In this document: one piece after another, positions 37,904 through 50,144 of the stretch | Position numbering within the stretch: the stretch's first letter is position 1 | How the letters are laid out: the number at the start of each line of letters is the position of its first letter | NCBI GenBank assembly: GCA_963769935.1 | Contig: CAVYNY010000035.1 | Span: 1 to 64,000, forward strand | DNA from: an uncultured delta proteobacterium | Lineage (GTDB): Bacteria > Desulfobacterota > Desulfobacteria > Desulfobacterales > JAFDCJ01 | DNA: 64,000 nt | Direction: 5' to 3' | The notes under the pieces: model-generated | Told to the model about the DNA's origin: nothing | Seen by the model: the letters and a program-made list of their open reading frames with translations, nothing else | The model's database searches: none | Program-made: the position numbers and the translations under genes

Positions 37904-39334
37904 TTAAACGATCATATTGCGGATTATCTCAAGCAGCGGTGACGGCAGCAGGCCGAAGCCGACAAGCATTGCCGTTAGCCCGGCGAGCGATAACGTTCCG
38001 GCCAGCGGCAGCGCCGCGGTTGGGGCGGCAGTCTGGGGCTGAGGGGCAAAAATTGCAACCACCACGCGCAGGTAATAAAACAGCCCGATGCCGCTGGTCA
38101 GCACCAGCACGACGACCAGCAGCCAGAGAGAGGCGCTCACACCGGCCGCCACCAGGTAAAATTTACCGATAAATCCGACGGTCAGCGGGATGCCCGCCAG
38201 GGACAGCAGCATGGCCGTGAATGTTCCCCCGAGCCAGGGCCGGCGCCAGAACAATCCCCGGTAGTCGTCAATGTGTTCGGCTTCCCGCTGCGGGCCGGAC
38301 AGCACAGTGATCACACCGAAAGCACCCAGCGTCATCACGAAGTAGGCAATCAAATAAAAGGTTACCGCCGCCGGACCCATGGAACCCCCGACCAAAAAGG
38401 CGACCAGCAGATAGCCCAGGTGCGCAATGGAGGAATAAGCCAGCAGACGTTTGACATTGTTTTGCAGCAGCGCCAGGAGGTTGCCGAAAATCATCGAGGC
38501 GACGGCGATAACGGTAAATACCGCAAACATTGACCCAAGGGCGGCAATATCAACCTGGCCGAAAAGGCGGACAATCAAGCCGACCAGACTGCCTTTGGAA
38601 ACGGTGGCGACAAAAGCGGTGACCGGGACCGGAGCTCCCTGGTAGACATCGGGCGTCCAGAGGTGAAACGGCACCACCGCCAGTTTGAAGCCGATCCCGA
38701 CGAGCAGCATGATCAAACCGGTGCTGACGAGCAGGCTGCGGCCCTCGGCCGGTATGCTGTAGATAAAGGCCGCCGGGCGGGTCAGCTCCATGGTTCCCAG
38801 AGCGGTATAAATCAACGCTATGCCGAAAACCAGAAAAGCAGCCGAGGTGGCGGCCAATATCAGGTACTTTAGAGCCGCTTCGATACCGATGGCTTTCAGG
38901 CGCGGATAGGCGATGAGTGCATAAAGCGAAATGCTGAGAATTTCCAGCCCCAGAAAAAAGGAGGCGAAATGACGGCTGGCCACGATCACGGCCGAGCCCA
39001 GGACCGCTAAAAGCATCAAAATATAATACTCTTCGCGCTGGCCCTCATAGGACAGCAGGTATCCATAGGACAGCAGAACCACGGCAAAACCGGCCGCGAC
39101 GAGCAGTCCGATGTAAAAGCGGGCAAAGCCGTCCATGATCAGAAGCATGGTAACCTGGCCGGTTCCCGGAGATGAGGTGAGCGGCAGGGAGATGAAAGCC
39201 CCCGCCAGTCCGATGCCGGTCAGCACCGCCGTGACCGAATGGCTGCGATAGACGGCGATCACCAGCATTACCACGATCGGCGTTGCCGCCAAAATCAACA
39301 GCGGCATCAGGGGAATCAGGTCGGCCAAGCTCAT
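37904..39334 (-). CDS. nuoN: NADH-quinone oxidoreductase subunit N
   Basis: EAALKYLIL, GFKLAVVPFHLWTPDVYQG, KRLLAYSSIAH, SLAGIPLTVGFIGK. Confidence 0.96.
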   Translation of the reverse strand: MSLADLIPLMPLLILAATPIVVMLVIAVYRSHSVTAVLTGIGLAGAFISLPLTSSPGTGQVTMLLIMDGFARFYIGLLVAAGFAVVLLSYGYLLSYEGQREEYYILMLLAVLGSAVIVASRHFASFFLGLEILSISLYALIAYPRLKAIGIEAALKYLILAATSAAFLVFGIALIYTALGTMELTRPAAFIYSIPAEGRSLLVSTGLIMLLVGIGFKLAVVPFHLWTPDVYQGAPVPVTAFVATVSKGSLVGLIVRLFGQVDIAALGSMFAVFTVIAVASMIFGNLLALLQNNVKRLLAYSSIAHLGYLLVAFLVGGSMGPAAVTFYLIAYFVMTLGAFGVITVLSGPQREAEHIDDYRGLFWRRPWLGGTFTAMLLSLAGIPLTVGFIGKFYLVAAGVSASLWLLVVVLVLTSGIGLFYYLRVVVAIFAPQPQTAAPTAALPLAGTLSLAGLTAMLVGFGLLPSPLLEIIRNMIV

Positions 39335-40911
39335 GGGTTGCCTCCCTTCGGCCAAACGGATTGAGCCGCCAGGCGCCTGCCCGTCTCAGATAAAACGACT
39401 GCTTGTTCCGGCGGCCGGACGGCAATCTGCCGGCGGACTGCCGTCTGCTCCAGATGATGAAGTGCGGGGGTGATGGTTTTAAATACCGGCTGCGGGTAAA
39501 GTCCCAACCAGAGAATGGCCGCGATCATGGCACCCATCACAGCGGCCTCCCGGCCCGAAAGATCGGGAAGTTTCCAGCCCTCTTTGTCCGGACCATGGAA
39601 GGCAGCCTGGATCATCCACAGCGCATAGACGGTGGCGCTGACAAGCCCTACAGTGGCGAGGACCGCCGCGGCGACGCTGTCGCGATAGGTACCGAACAGG
39701 ATGAGGATTTCGCTCACAAAATTACCCAAACCGGGCAGCCCCAGCGATGCCAGTGCAAAAATCATGGCGACCCCGGCCAGGCGCGGCACGGCAGACCCCA
39801 GGCCCCCCATGCGGCGCATATCGCGGGTGTGGATGCGCTCCTGGATGGCTCCCACCAGAATAAAGAGCGCACCGGTGCTGATTCCGTGACAGAGGATCTG
39901 CAGTACCACCCCCTGCAGGGCCAACTCGTTCCAGACGAATACACCGAGCAGCACAAATCCCATGTGGCTGACGCTCGTGTAGGCCACCAGCCGCTTGAGG
40001 TCGGTTTGAGAAAACGCCAGCAGTGCGCCGTAAAGAATCCCGAGGATCGCCAGCACCATCGCCACCGGTGTAAAGTCCAAAGCCGCCTGGGGAAACAGGG
40101 GCACGACAAAGCGCAGCAGCCCGTAGGCTCCGGTTTTCAACAGCAAGCCGGCGAGGATAACGCTTCCCGGGGTGGGCGCCTCGGTGTGGGCATCGGGCAG
40201 CCAGGTATGCACCGGCACGGCCGGCAGCTTGACCAGGAAGGCGACCAGAAAACCCAGCATCAGCCACATCGCGGTGGTATCCGACATGGCGGTTCCCAAC
40301 AGCCGGCTATAGTCGAAGGTGTAAACCCCGGTATTTTGTCCATGCACAAAATACAGCCCGATGATGGCCAACAACATCAGCAGACCGCTGATCTGGGTAA
40401 ACAGGAAAAATTTGACGGCGGCATAAATCCGGTTCTCATGACCCCAGACGGCAATGATAAAGTACATGGGCACCAGCATCATTTCCCAGAAGAAATAAAA
40501 TAAAAACAGGTCCAGGGCCAGAAACACCCCCGTAATACCGGCCAACACCCACATCAGGTTGAAGTAAAAAAATCCGACCTGCTCTTTTATTTCCGTCCAG
40601 GCGGACCCCACCGCGGTCATTCCCAAAAAAGCCGTGAGCAATACGAGCACCAGGCTCAAGCCATCGACGGCCAGATGAAAACTGATGCCCAGTTGAGGAA
40701 TCCAGGCTATATTTATCTCGGCCAGCCATGGACCGCCGGGTGTGATCGTCAGCCGATCGGCATACCGCGTCAGCAAGGTGAGGGCCAGGATCAGCTCGAT
40801 CGCCAGGCCGCTCAGCGATATCCAGCGCGGCCAGCCGGGATGCCGGCGACCCATCAGCCAGGCCAGCAGTCCGGCGGCTGTCGGAACTACAATAAGCCAT
40901 ACCAGTATCAT
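39331..40911 (-). CDS. nuoM: NADH-quinone oxidoreductase subunit M
   Basis: FFWEMMLVPMY, VKLPAVPVHTWLPDAH, KRLVAYTSVSHMG. Confidence 0.97.
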   Translation of the reverse strand: MILVWLIVVPTAAGLLAWLMGRRHPGWPRWISLSGLAIELILALTLLTRYADRLTITPGGPWLAEINIAWIPQLGISFHLAVDGLSLVLVLLTAFLGMTAVGSAWTEIKEQVGFFYFNLMWVLAGITGVFLALDLFLFYFFWEMMLVPMYFIIAVWGHENRIYAAVKFFLFTQISGLLMLLAIIGLYFVHGQNTGVYTFDYSRLLGTAMSDTTAMWLMLGFLVAFLVKLPAVPVHTWLPDAHTEAPTPGSVILAGLLLKTGAYGLLRFVVPLFPQAALDFTPVAMVLAILGILYGALLAFSQTDLKRLVAYTSVSHMGFVLLGVFVWNELALQGVVLQILCHGISTGALFILVGAIQERIHTRDMRRMGGLGSAVPRLAGVAMIFALASLGLPGLGNFVSEILILFGTYRDSVAAAVLATVGLVSATVYALWMIQAAFHGPDKEGWKLPDLSGREAAVMGAMIAAILWLGLYPQPVFKTITPALHHLEQTAVRRQIAVRPPEQAVVLSETGRRLAAQSVWPKGGNP

Positions 40912-42800
40912 AAAAACACCACCATTCCGATGAAGACCGCGGCACCGGCCGCCATACCGGCGGCATACCAGCGAACATGCCCGGTCTGGGAAAAGCTCAG
41001 GGCGCGGTAGCCCATCCGAGTGAACCAGGCGGCCCCGTCGCAGAAAAGATCCACGACATCATCCTTGTCGATCCGGGCCAGCCGGACATAGGGTCGGACC
41101 AGAAGAAGGTCGTAGAGCCGGTCAAAGCGCCAGCCGGCAAACCAGAAACGATGCAGCATTCCGCCGACGGTAGAAGCGACAAGATTTTCGGTCAGCCGGC
41201 GATAGCGCTTGGTAAACAGATAGATGATAAAGATGCCCAACAGAGAAACGATACCGGATACAACGGCAAAGGGACCCTCGTAACCGGCCTTGGCCGGCAG
41301 TATTGAAACCGTCGGCAGGGCGCTGTGCAAAAAATCCGAGAAAAGCGGCCGGTTGCCCAGAATTTCGGGCAAATTGATAAAACCGGCTGCCAGCGAGAGC
41401 ACGGCCAACACGACCAGCGGCAGATTTATCCGTACCCCCGGCCGGTGGTCCACCTGGGCGTGGGGCGGGCCGAAAAAGGTTATAAACACCATGCGAAACG
41501 TGTACATGGAAGTCAGAAGGGCCCCGACCAGCCCGGCCATCCACAGCCATGCGCTGCCCTGGGCGGAGGCGTAGGACTGCCAGATAATCAGGTCTTTGCT
41601 GTAAAAGCCGGCGGTGATCAGCGGCACCGCGGACAGGGCCCCGGCGCCCGCCAGAAAGGTCCAGAAGGTGACCGGCAGCTGCCGGCGCAGACCGCCCATC
41701 TTGAACATGTTGTGCTCATGGTCGAGCACGAGGATGATCGAGCCGGCCCCTAAGAACAGAAGCGCCTTGAAAAAGGCATGGATCATGAAATGAAAGATGC
41801 CGGCCGTCCAGGCCCCGACGCCCAGGGCCAAAAACATGTAGCCGATCTGGCTGATGGTGGAGTAGGCCAGGACGCGTTTGATATCCCACTGGGTGAGGCC
41901 GCTGAAGCCGGCTATCAGCAGGGTAGCCGCGCCCACGATCGCCACGACCGTCATCACAGCCGGTGCCAGGGTAAACAGCACGTGGGTGCGGGCGATCAGA
42001 TACACACCGGCCGTCACCATGGTGGCCGCATGGATCAAGGCACTTACCGGGGTGGGACCCGCCATGGCGTCGGGCAGCCAGGTCTGAAGCGGCAGTTGGG
42101 CGGATTTGCCGACGGCCCCTCCCAGCAGAAGCAGCGCGGCCACCGTGGGCAGGGCTGAACCGGCCGGCCAGACCTGGGCGGCCCGTGTCATGAGATCCTG
42201 GATTTGGAGGGTATCTAAATGGGTGAAAAGCAAATACAGGCCGACGGCCATGGCCGCGTCCCCCACGCGGGTGACAACGAAAGCCTTGCGGGCCGCATAC
42301 CCGTTGGCCGGCTCAGTATACCAGAAACCGATAAGCAGATAGCTGCACAGACCCACGCCCTCCCAGCCCAGATACAGCAGCAGCAGGTTGTCGGCCAGTA
42401 CCAGCGTCAGCATCGAACCGACAAACAGGTTCATATAGGCAAAAAAACGGCTGTAGCCCTCATCATCGATCATAAATTCGGTGGAGTATAAATGGATCAG
42501 AAAACCGACGAAGGTGATCACAAAGATCATCACCAGGGAAAGGGCATCCAGATAGAAAGCGATGGCCGGCGAAAAGGAGCCGACGCTCAGCCAGATCCAG
42601 ATTGTTTGCGAATACACATGGTGGGGCGGCGGTGCACCCAGAAATTCGATCGCCACCAATACCATCACGACCGCCGACAACCCCACCGATCCGGCGCCGA
42701 CAACTGCCGCCGCCGGCCGCGAGAGCCGCCCGCCGGTTAGCGCCAGCACAACGAATCCGGCAAAGGGCAGCGCCGGTATTAACCAGAGCAATCCAAGCAT
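40908..42800 (-). CDS. nuoL: NADH-quinone oxidoreductase subunit L
   Basis: GWEGVGLCSYLLIG, GKSAQLPLQTWLPDAMAGPTPVSALIHAATM. Confidence 0.97.
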   Translation of the reverse strand: MLGLLWLIPALPFAGFVVLALTGGRLSRPAAAVVGAGSVGLSAVVMVLVAIEFLGAPPPHHVYSQTIWIWLSVGSFSPAIAFYLDALSLVMIFVITFVGFLIHLYSTEFMIDDEGYSRFFAYMNLFVGSMLTLVLADNLLLLYLGWEGVGLCSYLLIGFWYTEPANGYAARKAFVVTRVGDAAMAVGLYLLFTHLDTLQIQDLMTRAAQVWPAGSALPTVAALLLLGGAVGKSAQLPLQTWLPDAMAGPTPVSALIHAATMVTAGVYLIARTHVLFTLAPAVMTVVAIVGAATLLIAGFSGLTQWDIKRVLAYSTISQIGYMFLALGVGAWTAGIFHFMIHAFFKALLFLGAGSIILVLDHEHNMFKMGGLRRQLPVTFWTFLAGAGALSAVPLITAGFYSKDLIIWQSYASAQGSAWLWMAGLVGALLTSMYTFRMVFITFFGPPHAQVDHRPGVRINLPLVVLAVLSLAAGFINLPEILGNRPLFSDFLHSALPTVSILPAKAGYEGPFAVVSGIVSLLGIFIIYLFTKRYRRLTENLVASTVGGMLHRFWFAGWRFDRLYDLLLVRPYVRLARIDKDDVVDLFCDGAAWFTRMGYRALSFSQTGHVRWYAAGMAAGAAVFIGMVVFL

Positions 42801-42801
42801 A

Positions 42802-43116
42802 TCACCCCCGCATGTCACTGGCCGCGTCGGCGTCCAGGGTCCGCAGGCCGCGGTAAAGCTGGAGCACCAGCGCCAGGCCGACGGAAACTTCGGCTGCGGC
42901 CATGCACAAAATGTAGATAAACATCACCTGCCCGTCGGCCGATTCCCAGCGCGAGCCGGCGACGATGAACGCCAGCCCGGCGGCATTCAACATGATTTCG
43001 ATGCTAAACAGAACAAAAATAATGTTGCGGCGCACGAGAACCCCGCTGAGCCCCAGCATAAAAAGGACTCCCGCCAGAATCAGCCCATGGGTTACCGGTA
43101 TCGAGGCCATGATCAT
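42802..43116 (-). CDS. nuoK: NADH-quinone oxidoreductase subunit K
   Basis: [28 protein letters not shown]. Confidence 0.95.
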   Translation of the reverse strand: MIMASIPVTHGLILAGVLFMLGLSGVLVRRNIIFVLFSIEIMLNAAGLAFIVAGSRWESADGQVMFIYILCMAAAEVSVGLALVLQLYRGLRTLDADAASDMRG

Positions 43117-43625
43117 TCTCCTTCTCGATGCGGCCCGGTTGGGGGGCGCAGCCCGAGGTGATAAGCACCCACCAGACCGGCCAGCAGCAGCATGGATGCA
43201 AGTTCCACGCCCAGCAGGTATGGACCAAAAAGTGTTGCACCCAGCTGTTGGGCTCCCACCACCTTCCCGCCGACTGAAGAGGGCACCCCTGCGATAATAT
43301 AGATCAGCTCAGCCAGCAGAACGGTAGCCAGCAGGGATGGGCCCAGCCACATCTTCGGGCGCAGCCAGCTTCTCTCCTGCTTAAGTGCGGCGGGACCCCG
43401 GTTGAGCAGCATGACGACGAACACAAAGAGCACCATGATGGCGCCGGCATAAATGATGATTTCCAGGGCGGCGGCAAACTGGGCGCCCAGCGTATAAAAG
43501 ATCACCGCCACGGCCAACAGGGAAATGATCAAATATATCAGGGCGTGAACCGCATTCAACCGGGTGATCACCATCAGGGTGGAAACAATGGCGATCCCGG
43601 CCGATACATAAAATACTACCTTCAT
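43113..43625 (-). CDS. nuoJ: NADH-quinone oxidoreductase subunit J
   Basis: [34 protein letters not shown]. Confidence 0.95.
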   Translation of the reverse strand: MKVVFYVSAGIAIVSTLMVITRLNAVHALIYLIISLLAVAVIFYTLGAQFAAALEIIIYAGAIMVLFVFVVMLLNRGPAALKQERSWLRPKMWLGPSLLATVLLAELIYIIAGVPSSVGGKVVGAQQLGATLFGPYLLGVELASMLLLAGLVGAYHLGLRPPTGPHREGE

Positions 43626-43644
43626 CCATGACTCCTTTATGGAA

Positions 43645-43760
43645 GTGTCTAATGTCTGATTGACTAATGTCGAATGAATGTTTTCCTTGTCTATTTATAA
43701 GAAAGAATGAGCGCAGCGAAACCATCATTCGACAATTGACATTCGTCATTTGTCATTCTC
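43645..43760. repeat. Heptamer-repeat element between nuoI and nuoJ
   Basis: aatgtctgattgactaatgtcgaat..core tctatttataagaaagaatgagcgcagcgaaaccatc..attcgacaattgacattcgtcatttgtcatt. Confidence 0.7.
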
Positions 43761-43761
43761 T

Positions 43762-44277
43762 TCAGGGCAGCAGACTGTGCACATCCACCGGCGGCGCTTC
43801 GTTTTCCGCCTCCCCCTTGTCCTTGCCGCCGATGGCCAAGCCGGCCACCCGGTAAAAGTTGTAAGCGGGGTGCTTGCCGGGGCCGCTGATCAGCAGGTCT
43901 TCTTTTTCGTAGACCATATTCTGGCGGTTGTATTCGGCATATTCAAAATCCGGCGTCAGTTGAATCGCATCCGTCGGGCAGGCCTCCTCGCAGAACCCGC
44001 ACAGAATACAGCGCGAAAAATTAATGCGAAAGAACTCGGGATAGCGCCGGCCGTGCTCATCTTCGGTAGCCTGCAGCGCGATGCAGTCCACCGGACAGGC
44101 CACCGCGCAAAGGTAGCAGGCCACGCAGCGCTCTTCGCCGTCCGGGTCGCGCGAGAGAATGATCCGCCCCCTGAATCTGGGCGGCAGCGGGATCTTTTCT
44201 TCCGGATACTGAACCGTCACCGGCCGTCGGAATGTGTGCTGCAAAATCATCCAAATTGTTTTTAGATTGCTTAGCAT
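43762..44277 (-). CDS. nuoI: NADH-quinone oxidoreductase subunit I
   Basis: [12 protein letters not shown] and [12 protein letters not shown]. Confidence 0.97.
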   Translation of the reverse strand: MLSNLKTIWMILQHTFRRPVTVQYPEEKIPLPPRFRGRIILSRDPDGEERCVACYLCAVACPVDCIALQATEDEHGRRYPEFFRINFSRCILCGFCEEACPTDAIQLTPDFEYAEYNRQNMVYEKEDLLISGPGKHPAYNFYRVAGLAIGGKDKGEAENEAPPVDVHSLLP

Positions 44278-44294
44278 GGTATTTGATATTTGTT

Positions 44295-44545
44295 ATGGGT
44301 TAATGCCTAAAGTGATCTAAAATGTCTAAAATGCCTAAAATTGTGGTTTCGCTATGCTCAGTCTATTTACAAAATAGAATACTCTTATTGACGTGAGGTA
44401 CGAAAGCCACCATTGCGTTTATTATTTATACAGGCTTTTCGGCTTCCCGGCCTCCCAGCTTTCCCGCATTTAATTTCTTTCTTCGTATCCTGCCTCTGAC
44501 CTCTGTCCTCCGTCATCTGTCTTCTGACACCTGAAACCTTCTGTT
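44295..44545. repeat. Repeat element between nuoH and nuoI
   Basis: atgcctaaa repeats, reverse copy of the 38-bp core (44343-44378), ctgacctctgtcctc, ctgacacctgaaacct. Confidence 0.65.
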
Positions 44546-44568
44546 TCAAATAACCAATCAACCAATAA

Positions 44569-45525
44569 CTACTTAGCGAACGTCAGCACCAGCGCGCCGG
44601 TGACGAGCAAATTCAACAGCGTCAGCGGCAGCAGCAGCTTCCAGCCGAATGCCATCAGCTGATCGTACCGCGGCCGCGGCAGTGAAGCCCGGAACAGGAT
44701 AAAAAGACAGATGAATATAAAGGTTTTGATCAAGAACCAGACGATCGGCGGCAGCACGGGGCCGAGCCAACCGCCGAAGAAAAGCGTTGTCATCATGGCC
44801 GAGATCAAGGTGATGCCCAGATATTCACCGACAAAAAACATGCCGAACTTCATCCCGGAATATTCGCTGTGATAGCCGGCTACCAATTCGCTCTCGGCCT
44901 CCGGCAGATCAAACGGCAGCCGGTGGCTTTCGGCCAGACCGGCTATCAAAAAAATCAGAAACCCCAAAAACTGCGGGATACAAAACCACATCCGCGACTG
45001 GGCGGCGACGATAACGCGCAGATCGAACGATCCGGCCATTATAACCACCCCCATCAAAGACAGACCCATGAAGACTTCATAGCTCAGCAGCTGGGCCGCG
45101 GCCCGGATGCCGCCCAGCAGCGGGTATTTGCTCTGAGAGGACCATCCGCCCAGGACGACGCTGTAAACGCTCAGCGAAGACATCGCCAGAAAAAAGAGCA
45201 GACCGATGTTGAGATCCGCCACCTGGATAACCGGGGTGTAGGGAATGACGGCAAAAACCATCAGCATCGTGATCACCACCACGGCCGGTGCCAGCACAAA
45301 CACGGGTTTATCGGCAAAGGGCGGAATCCAATCTTCTTTAAAGAAGATCTTGATTCCGTCGGCCACCACCTGCAGCAGACCGAACGGACCGGCACGGTTG
45401 GGTCCGTACCGATCCTGCCACAGCCCCAGCAGCCGTCTTTCCAGCCAAATCAGACCGGCGCTGACGGTCAACGCCGCGATCAGCACGCAGATGATCGTAA
45501 CCAGCGACCACAGAATCTCAATCAT
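44569..45525 (-). CDS. nuoH: NADH-quinone oxidoreductase subunit H
   Basis: [39 protein letters not shown]. Confidence 0.97.
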   Translation of the reverse strand: MIEILWSLVTIICVLIAALTVSAGLIWLERRLLGLWQDRYGPNRAGPFGLLQVVADGIKIFFKEDWIPPFADKPVFVLAPAVVVITMLMVFAVIPYTPVIQVADLNIGLLFFLAMSSLSVYSVVLGGWSSQSKYPLLGGIRAAAQLLSYEVFMGLSLMGVVIMAGSFDLRVIVAAQSRMWFCIPQFLGFLIFLIAGLAESHRLPFDLPEAESELVAGYHSEYSGMKFGMFFVGEYLGITLISAMMTTLFFGGWLGPVLPPIVWFLIKTFIFICLFILFRASLPRPRYDQLMAFGWKLLLPLTLLNLLVTGALVLTFAK

Positions 45526-48233
45526 GATCGTGCCCCCTAAAAATCCTTGCGAAAACCGGCAGGTTGAACCCCGGCCAGCCCGGCAAACCGACCGGCATCC
45601 CGGCGACCCGGCGGGGTAAAGACGGCATCAGCCGGACCGGCAGCCGATGGCGCCCGGAATCCCATGTGACTTCGACCTCCTCGCCGGCGGCGGTCCCAAG
45701 TTCGGCGGCATCTTCCGCATTCAGGGCCAGATACGGCTGCGGGGACCGCCCGGCCACGCCCGGCGACGCCACGCTCAGCTCTTCGGAGCCGAAGATGTGA
45801 TGTACGGCCACCAGGATCCACTCGCCGTCGGACGGCTTGGCGGATGGAATCTCTTTGAAATATGATATTGTCGCATCCGGCGCGGGCTCGATCAGGCGCC
45901 GGCCCGGATCGCCGCCGCGCAGCGGACCGCCGATTTCAGCCTGAAACTTGTTGAGAGCCTGCACCGAATTCCAGCCCGGATCCCAGAAGCGTTGGATGAG
46001 GTCCGCCGGAGGCCGGCCGTCATAGCCTTCCATCGAGAAGGCCAGCGGCGAATCGGCGATCTGCGGGCGGCTGCGGCTCGTGCACGCTGATATCGGCAAA
46101 CATGGCAGTCCGCCCGCTGTAACGATGCGACTGGCGGGGGATCTTCGAGCCCATTTCCCGAAACCCGGCCGGCGGGGCGGCCAGCAGGATGGGATCAAAG
46201 ATCGGCAGGGCTTCAACCAGGGCCGCGACCATATCGTCAAGCTGGCGCCAACCCTCGGCGACGGTATTTCCGGCAGCCGTCATCATCTTCTGCATCCAGC
46301 GCCAGCTCTCGCGAACTTCGCCGGCCGGCACAAAAACACGGTAGAAACGCTGGGCGCGGCCCTCGTTGTTCACTACCGTGCCGGAGGCCTCGGCGAAAGT
46401 GGCGGCCGGAAGTACCAACTCGGCTCTATCGCTGGTGGCGGTCGTCAAATGATCGATGACGATAATATGTTGGGCGGCTTCAAACAGGGCATTGACGACG
46501 GCGGCATCCGCCCGTCGGTATAAATCGTTTTCCAATATGATGACTGTATCCGCTTGCCCGCTCTGAACAATATCCACGACCGTCTTCAGGCTTTGGGCAT
46601 CCATCAGCGCAGTTCCCATGCTGTTGCACTCCGGCAGTGTGAAGCATAGCTGCGCCGGGCGGCCCTGCGCACACAGCGCCCAGGCGATATTGGCGGCTGC
46701 TTGCAGCAGTGCTTCGCTGCCGCAGCCGGTGCCGGTGACAACCAGCGGCCGCTCGGCGTCCGCCAGGGTGCGGGCAATTTCTTCGGCCAGGGCGCCGACC
46801 TGAGCCGGCAAGTCCGGCACCGCCGGAGCTTCGGGCCTTAACGCCGCGGCGACTGCGAATCCCAGGCGAATCAGGTCGTCGGGCGCCGCGTGCCAGGTCT
46901 TGAAGGCGGCATCGTCAAGCCGGGTGCCGTGGGGGGTGGCGATAAAAAGCATCTCCTTTTCGTCCTGAACCACCTCGCGGATGCCGGCGTCATTCCAGCG
47001 GGGCAGCTTCACCCGTTCGGCGACCTTGGCCGCTTTGCGGTGTACCAGCTGGCGCAGCGCCAGCGCCAGCAGCGGTGCGGTATTGACAACATCTTCACCC
47101 AGTACCAAAACCGCATCGGCCCGGCTGACATCGTTTAAGGACGGCGAGCGCGCCGGCCCCTGCTGCAGGATTCGCAGGGCCGCGGTCACCAGTCGGTCAT
47201 CGCCTGCCGACATGCCCGCACAGAACCGCTCGCTCCCGACCAGCGCCCGCAATGCAAAATTGGCCTCCAGCGAAGCCCGCGGGGAACCGATGCCGACAAC
47301 CCGGCTGCCGTCGGCCAGCCAGGAGGCCACCTGCGGCCGCAGCATCTCCCAGGAAACCGGCTGCAGCGTATGGCCGTTGCGGAGCAGAGGCTCGCGGATG
47401 CGCCGCTCGCAGTTAACGAATTCGTAGCCATACCGGCCGCGGTCGCACAGAAAATAGCCGTTGATCTCATGGTGATAGCGATTGCGAATCCGGCGCAGCC
47501 TGCCGTAGCGTTCGCCCGGTATGGTGTTGCAGCCCAGGCTGCAGTGCATGCAGACCGACGGGGCGGTTTGCAAATCCCATTTGCGGGTGAAATGCTTTTT
47601 TTCGGTTTTATCGGTAAACACGCCGGTGGGGCATATTTCGACCAGATTGCCGCTGAATTCGTTTTCCAGCGGGCCGGGCTGCTGACGACCGAAATACACA
47701 TGATCATGGCAGCCAAAGACATTTAAATCGCGCCCGCCCGCATAGTTATGATAAAATCGAACACAGCGGTAGCACTGGATGCAGCGGTTCATTTCATGAT
47801 TGATGAAGGGCCCCAGGTCCTGATTGCGGTGGGTCCGCTTTTCGAAGCGGTATTCCCGATAGTTATGGCCGGTCATCACGGTCATGTCCTGCAGATGGCA
47901 TTCCCCGCCTTCATCGCAGACCGGGCAGTCATGGGGATGATTGACCATCAGCCATTCGATCACAGCGGCCCGGAATTCTTTGGCCTCCGGGTCGTCGATG
48001 GAAATGCGCGTCCCGTCGTCAGCCGGGGTCATGCAGGCCATCACGATTTCACCGCGCGCATCCTTTTCATCTTTGAAGCGCTTGACCGCGCATTGCCGGC
48101 AGGCGCCCACGGAGTTCAAGGCCGGGTGCCAGCAAAAATACGGCACGTCAAAGCCCAGGCCCAGGCAGGCCTGGAGCAGATTCTGTCCCTCTTCGATTTC
48201 ATACGGCCGGCCGTCTATGTAAATGGTTGCCAT
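45518..48233 (-). CDS. nuoG: NADH-quinone oxidoreductase subunit G (long, E. coli-type; +1 frameshift at ~46058)
   Basis: [49 protein letters not shown]. The C-terminus [16 protein letters not shown] continues in ORF 45518..46240. Confidence 0.95.
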
Positions 48234-48236
48234 CGA

Positions 48237-49512
48237 TTATCTCCACGGGCAGCGTTTTTCGCGAATATGGCGTTTGAAGTCTTCCTCGAAATACTTCAGG
48301 GCACTCTGCAGCGGTTCCATGGCGCCGGGCGCCAGGGCGCAAAAAGTATGTCCCGGTCCCAGCAGGCGGGTGTGCCGCTGCAGCCGCGCCAAATCCTCCG
48401 GCTGTCCCTGTCCGGTTTCAATCGCCGCCAGGATGCGGGCCGTCCAAGGCAGTCCTTCCCGGCAGGGCGTGCACCAGCCGCAGGACTCCCGGGCAAAAAA
48501 TCGCATCAGGTTATGCACCAGGCCGACCGGGCAGGTTTGGTCGTCCATCACCACGATAGTACCGGTGCCCAGCCGGCTGCCGGCCTGCTTTGGGCCATCG
48601 AAATCCATTTTGACATCCAGGTGGGTTTCCACCAGAAAATCCGTTGAGCCGCCGCCGGGGATCACCCCCCGCAATTTAAGCCCTTCGCGCATACCGCCGG
48701 CATGTGCTTCCAGTATTTCCCGCAGGGTGGTTCCCATCGGCAGTTCCCAGGCACCCGGGCGCTTGACTTTGCCGCTCACTCCGTAGATCTTGGTGCCGCC
48801 GTCCGGGCTGTGGCTCAGGCCTTTGAACCAGGCGGCGCCGTGATTGATGAATGTGGGGTACGTTGGAGATGGTCTCGACATTGTTGGGTGTGGTGGGCTT
48901 GCCCCAGAGCCCGACGACCGGAGGAAACGGCGGTTTGGCACGGGGGGCGGCCCGCCGGCCTTCCAATGAATTGAGCAGGGCGGTTTCCTCGCCGCAAATA
49001 TAGCGGCCGGCACTCTCATGCAGGTAAAGCTCCAGACTGTAGTCGGATCCCAGAATGTTTTGGCCGAGGTAGTGGCCGGCGTAGGCCTCGGCAATCGCTG
49101 TTTTCAGGCATTTTGCCGGCCGGGTGTACTCGCGGCGCAAAAAAATGTAGGCAATATCGGCCTGAATGGCATACCCGGCGACGATGATCCCCTCGATCAG
49201 CTGATGCGGGTCGCCTTCAAGCAGCATCCGGTCCTTAAAGGCGGCGGGCTCCATCTCATCGGCATTGACCACCAGGTACCTGGGCCGGATCGCATCGGCT
49301 CCCGTGGGCGCAAAGCTCCATTTCTGACCGGTCGGGAAACCGGCGCCGCCCCGCCCCCGCAAATTCGATGCTTTGACCATGTCGGTTACGTCGCCGGGGG
49401 TCAGGCTGTCCAGCGCTTTGCGCACGGCCTGGTAGCCGCCGGCCTGTTCGTACTCCTTTAGGCTGAACGGCGGCTTTCCGGGTCGAATATTGGCTGTGAG
49501 GGGCTGTTCCAT
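48237..49512 (-). CDS. nuoF: NADH-quinone oxidoreductase subunit F (+1 frameshift at ~48850)
   Basis: GRGGAGFPTG, NADEMEP, YICGEETALL, NNVET, then ESCGWCTPCREG..FCAL in the next frame. Confidence 0.95.
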
Positions 49513-49660
49513 AAGATTTATATTCTACAATTTTTGGCCTGATAGGTGTTCATCCGACAGCATGTCGTCCGGAACCTGACACCTGAAACCTTGAGCGTGC
49601 CTTGGCTGTAAATTTACTGCACCGGCAGCGCCCCGTCCCGCGCATTTTTTTGAATGGGGC

Positions 49661-50137
49661 CTATGTTCCCGGCTTCGTGTAGTTCGCCAGGATTTCGTCT
49701 ATTTTAGCCGGGTCCAGATTGCCGTATAGTTCATCGTCGATCATCATGGCCGGCGCCTGATCGCAGGCGCCCAGACAGACAATCGGCAGCAGGGTGAAAA
49801 CGCCGTCGGCAGTGGTCTCCCCTAAAACAATGCCCAGACGTTCCTGCAGGTGTTGGAGGATGCGCTCGTAGCCCATGATCCAGCAGCTCACGCTGTCGCA
49901 CACCAATATGACATGTTTGCCCACGGGTTTGCGAAAAATAAGGTTGTAAAATGTTGCGACCGCATCCAATTCAGCAGGCGTCATTTCCAGAAATTCAGCG
50001 ACCGCAATGAGGACCGCGTCGGAAACCCAGCCGCGATGCCGCTGAACAATTTTCAACGCTTCCACGCAGGCAGCGCGTTTTTGTTCGTAGCGGGGAAATT
50101 CGGCTTCGATTTCTTTTTTTTCTTCGGTAGTGAGCAT
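49661..50137 (-). CDS. nuoE: NADH-quinone oxidoreductase subunit E
   Basis: VATFY, CDSVSC, CLGACDQAP. Confidence 0.96.
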   Translation of the reverse strand: MLTTEEKKEIEAEFPRYEQKRAACVEALKIVQRHRGWVSDAVLIAVAEFLEMTPAELDAVATFYNLIFRKPVGKHVILVCDSVSCWIMGYERILQHLQERLGIVLGETTADGVFTLLPIVCLGACDQAPAMMIDDELYGNLDPAKIDEILANYTKPGT

Positions 50138-50144
50138 TTATGTT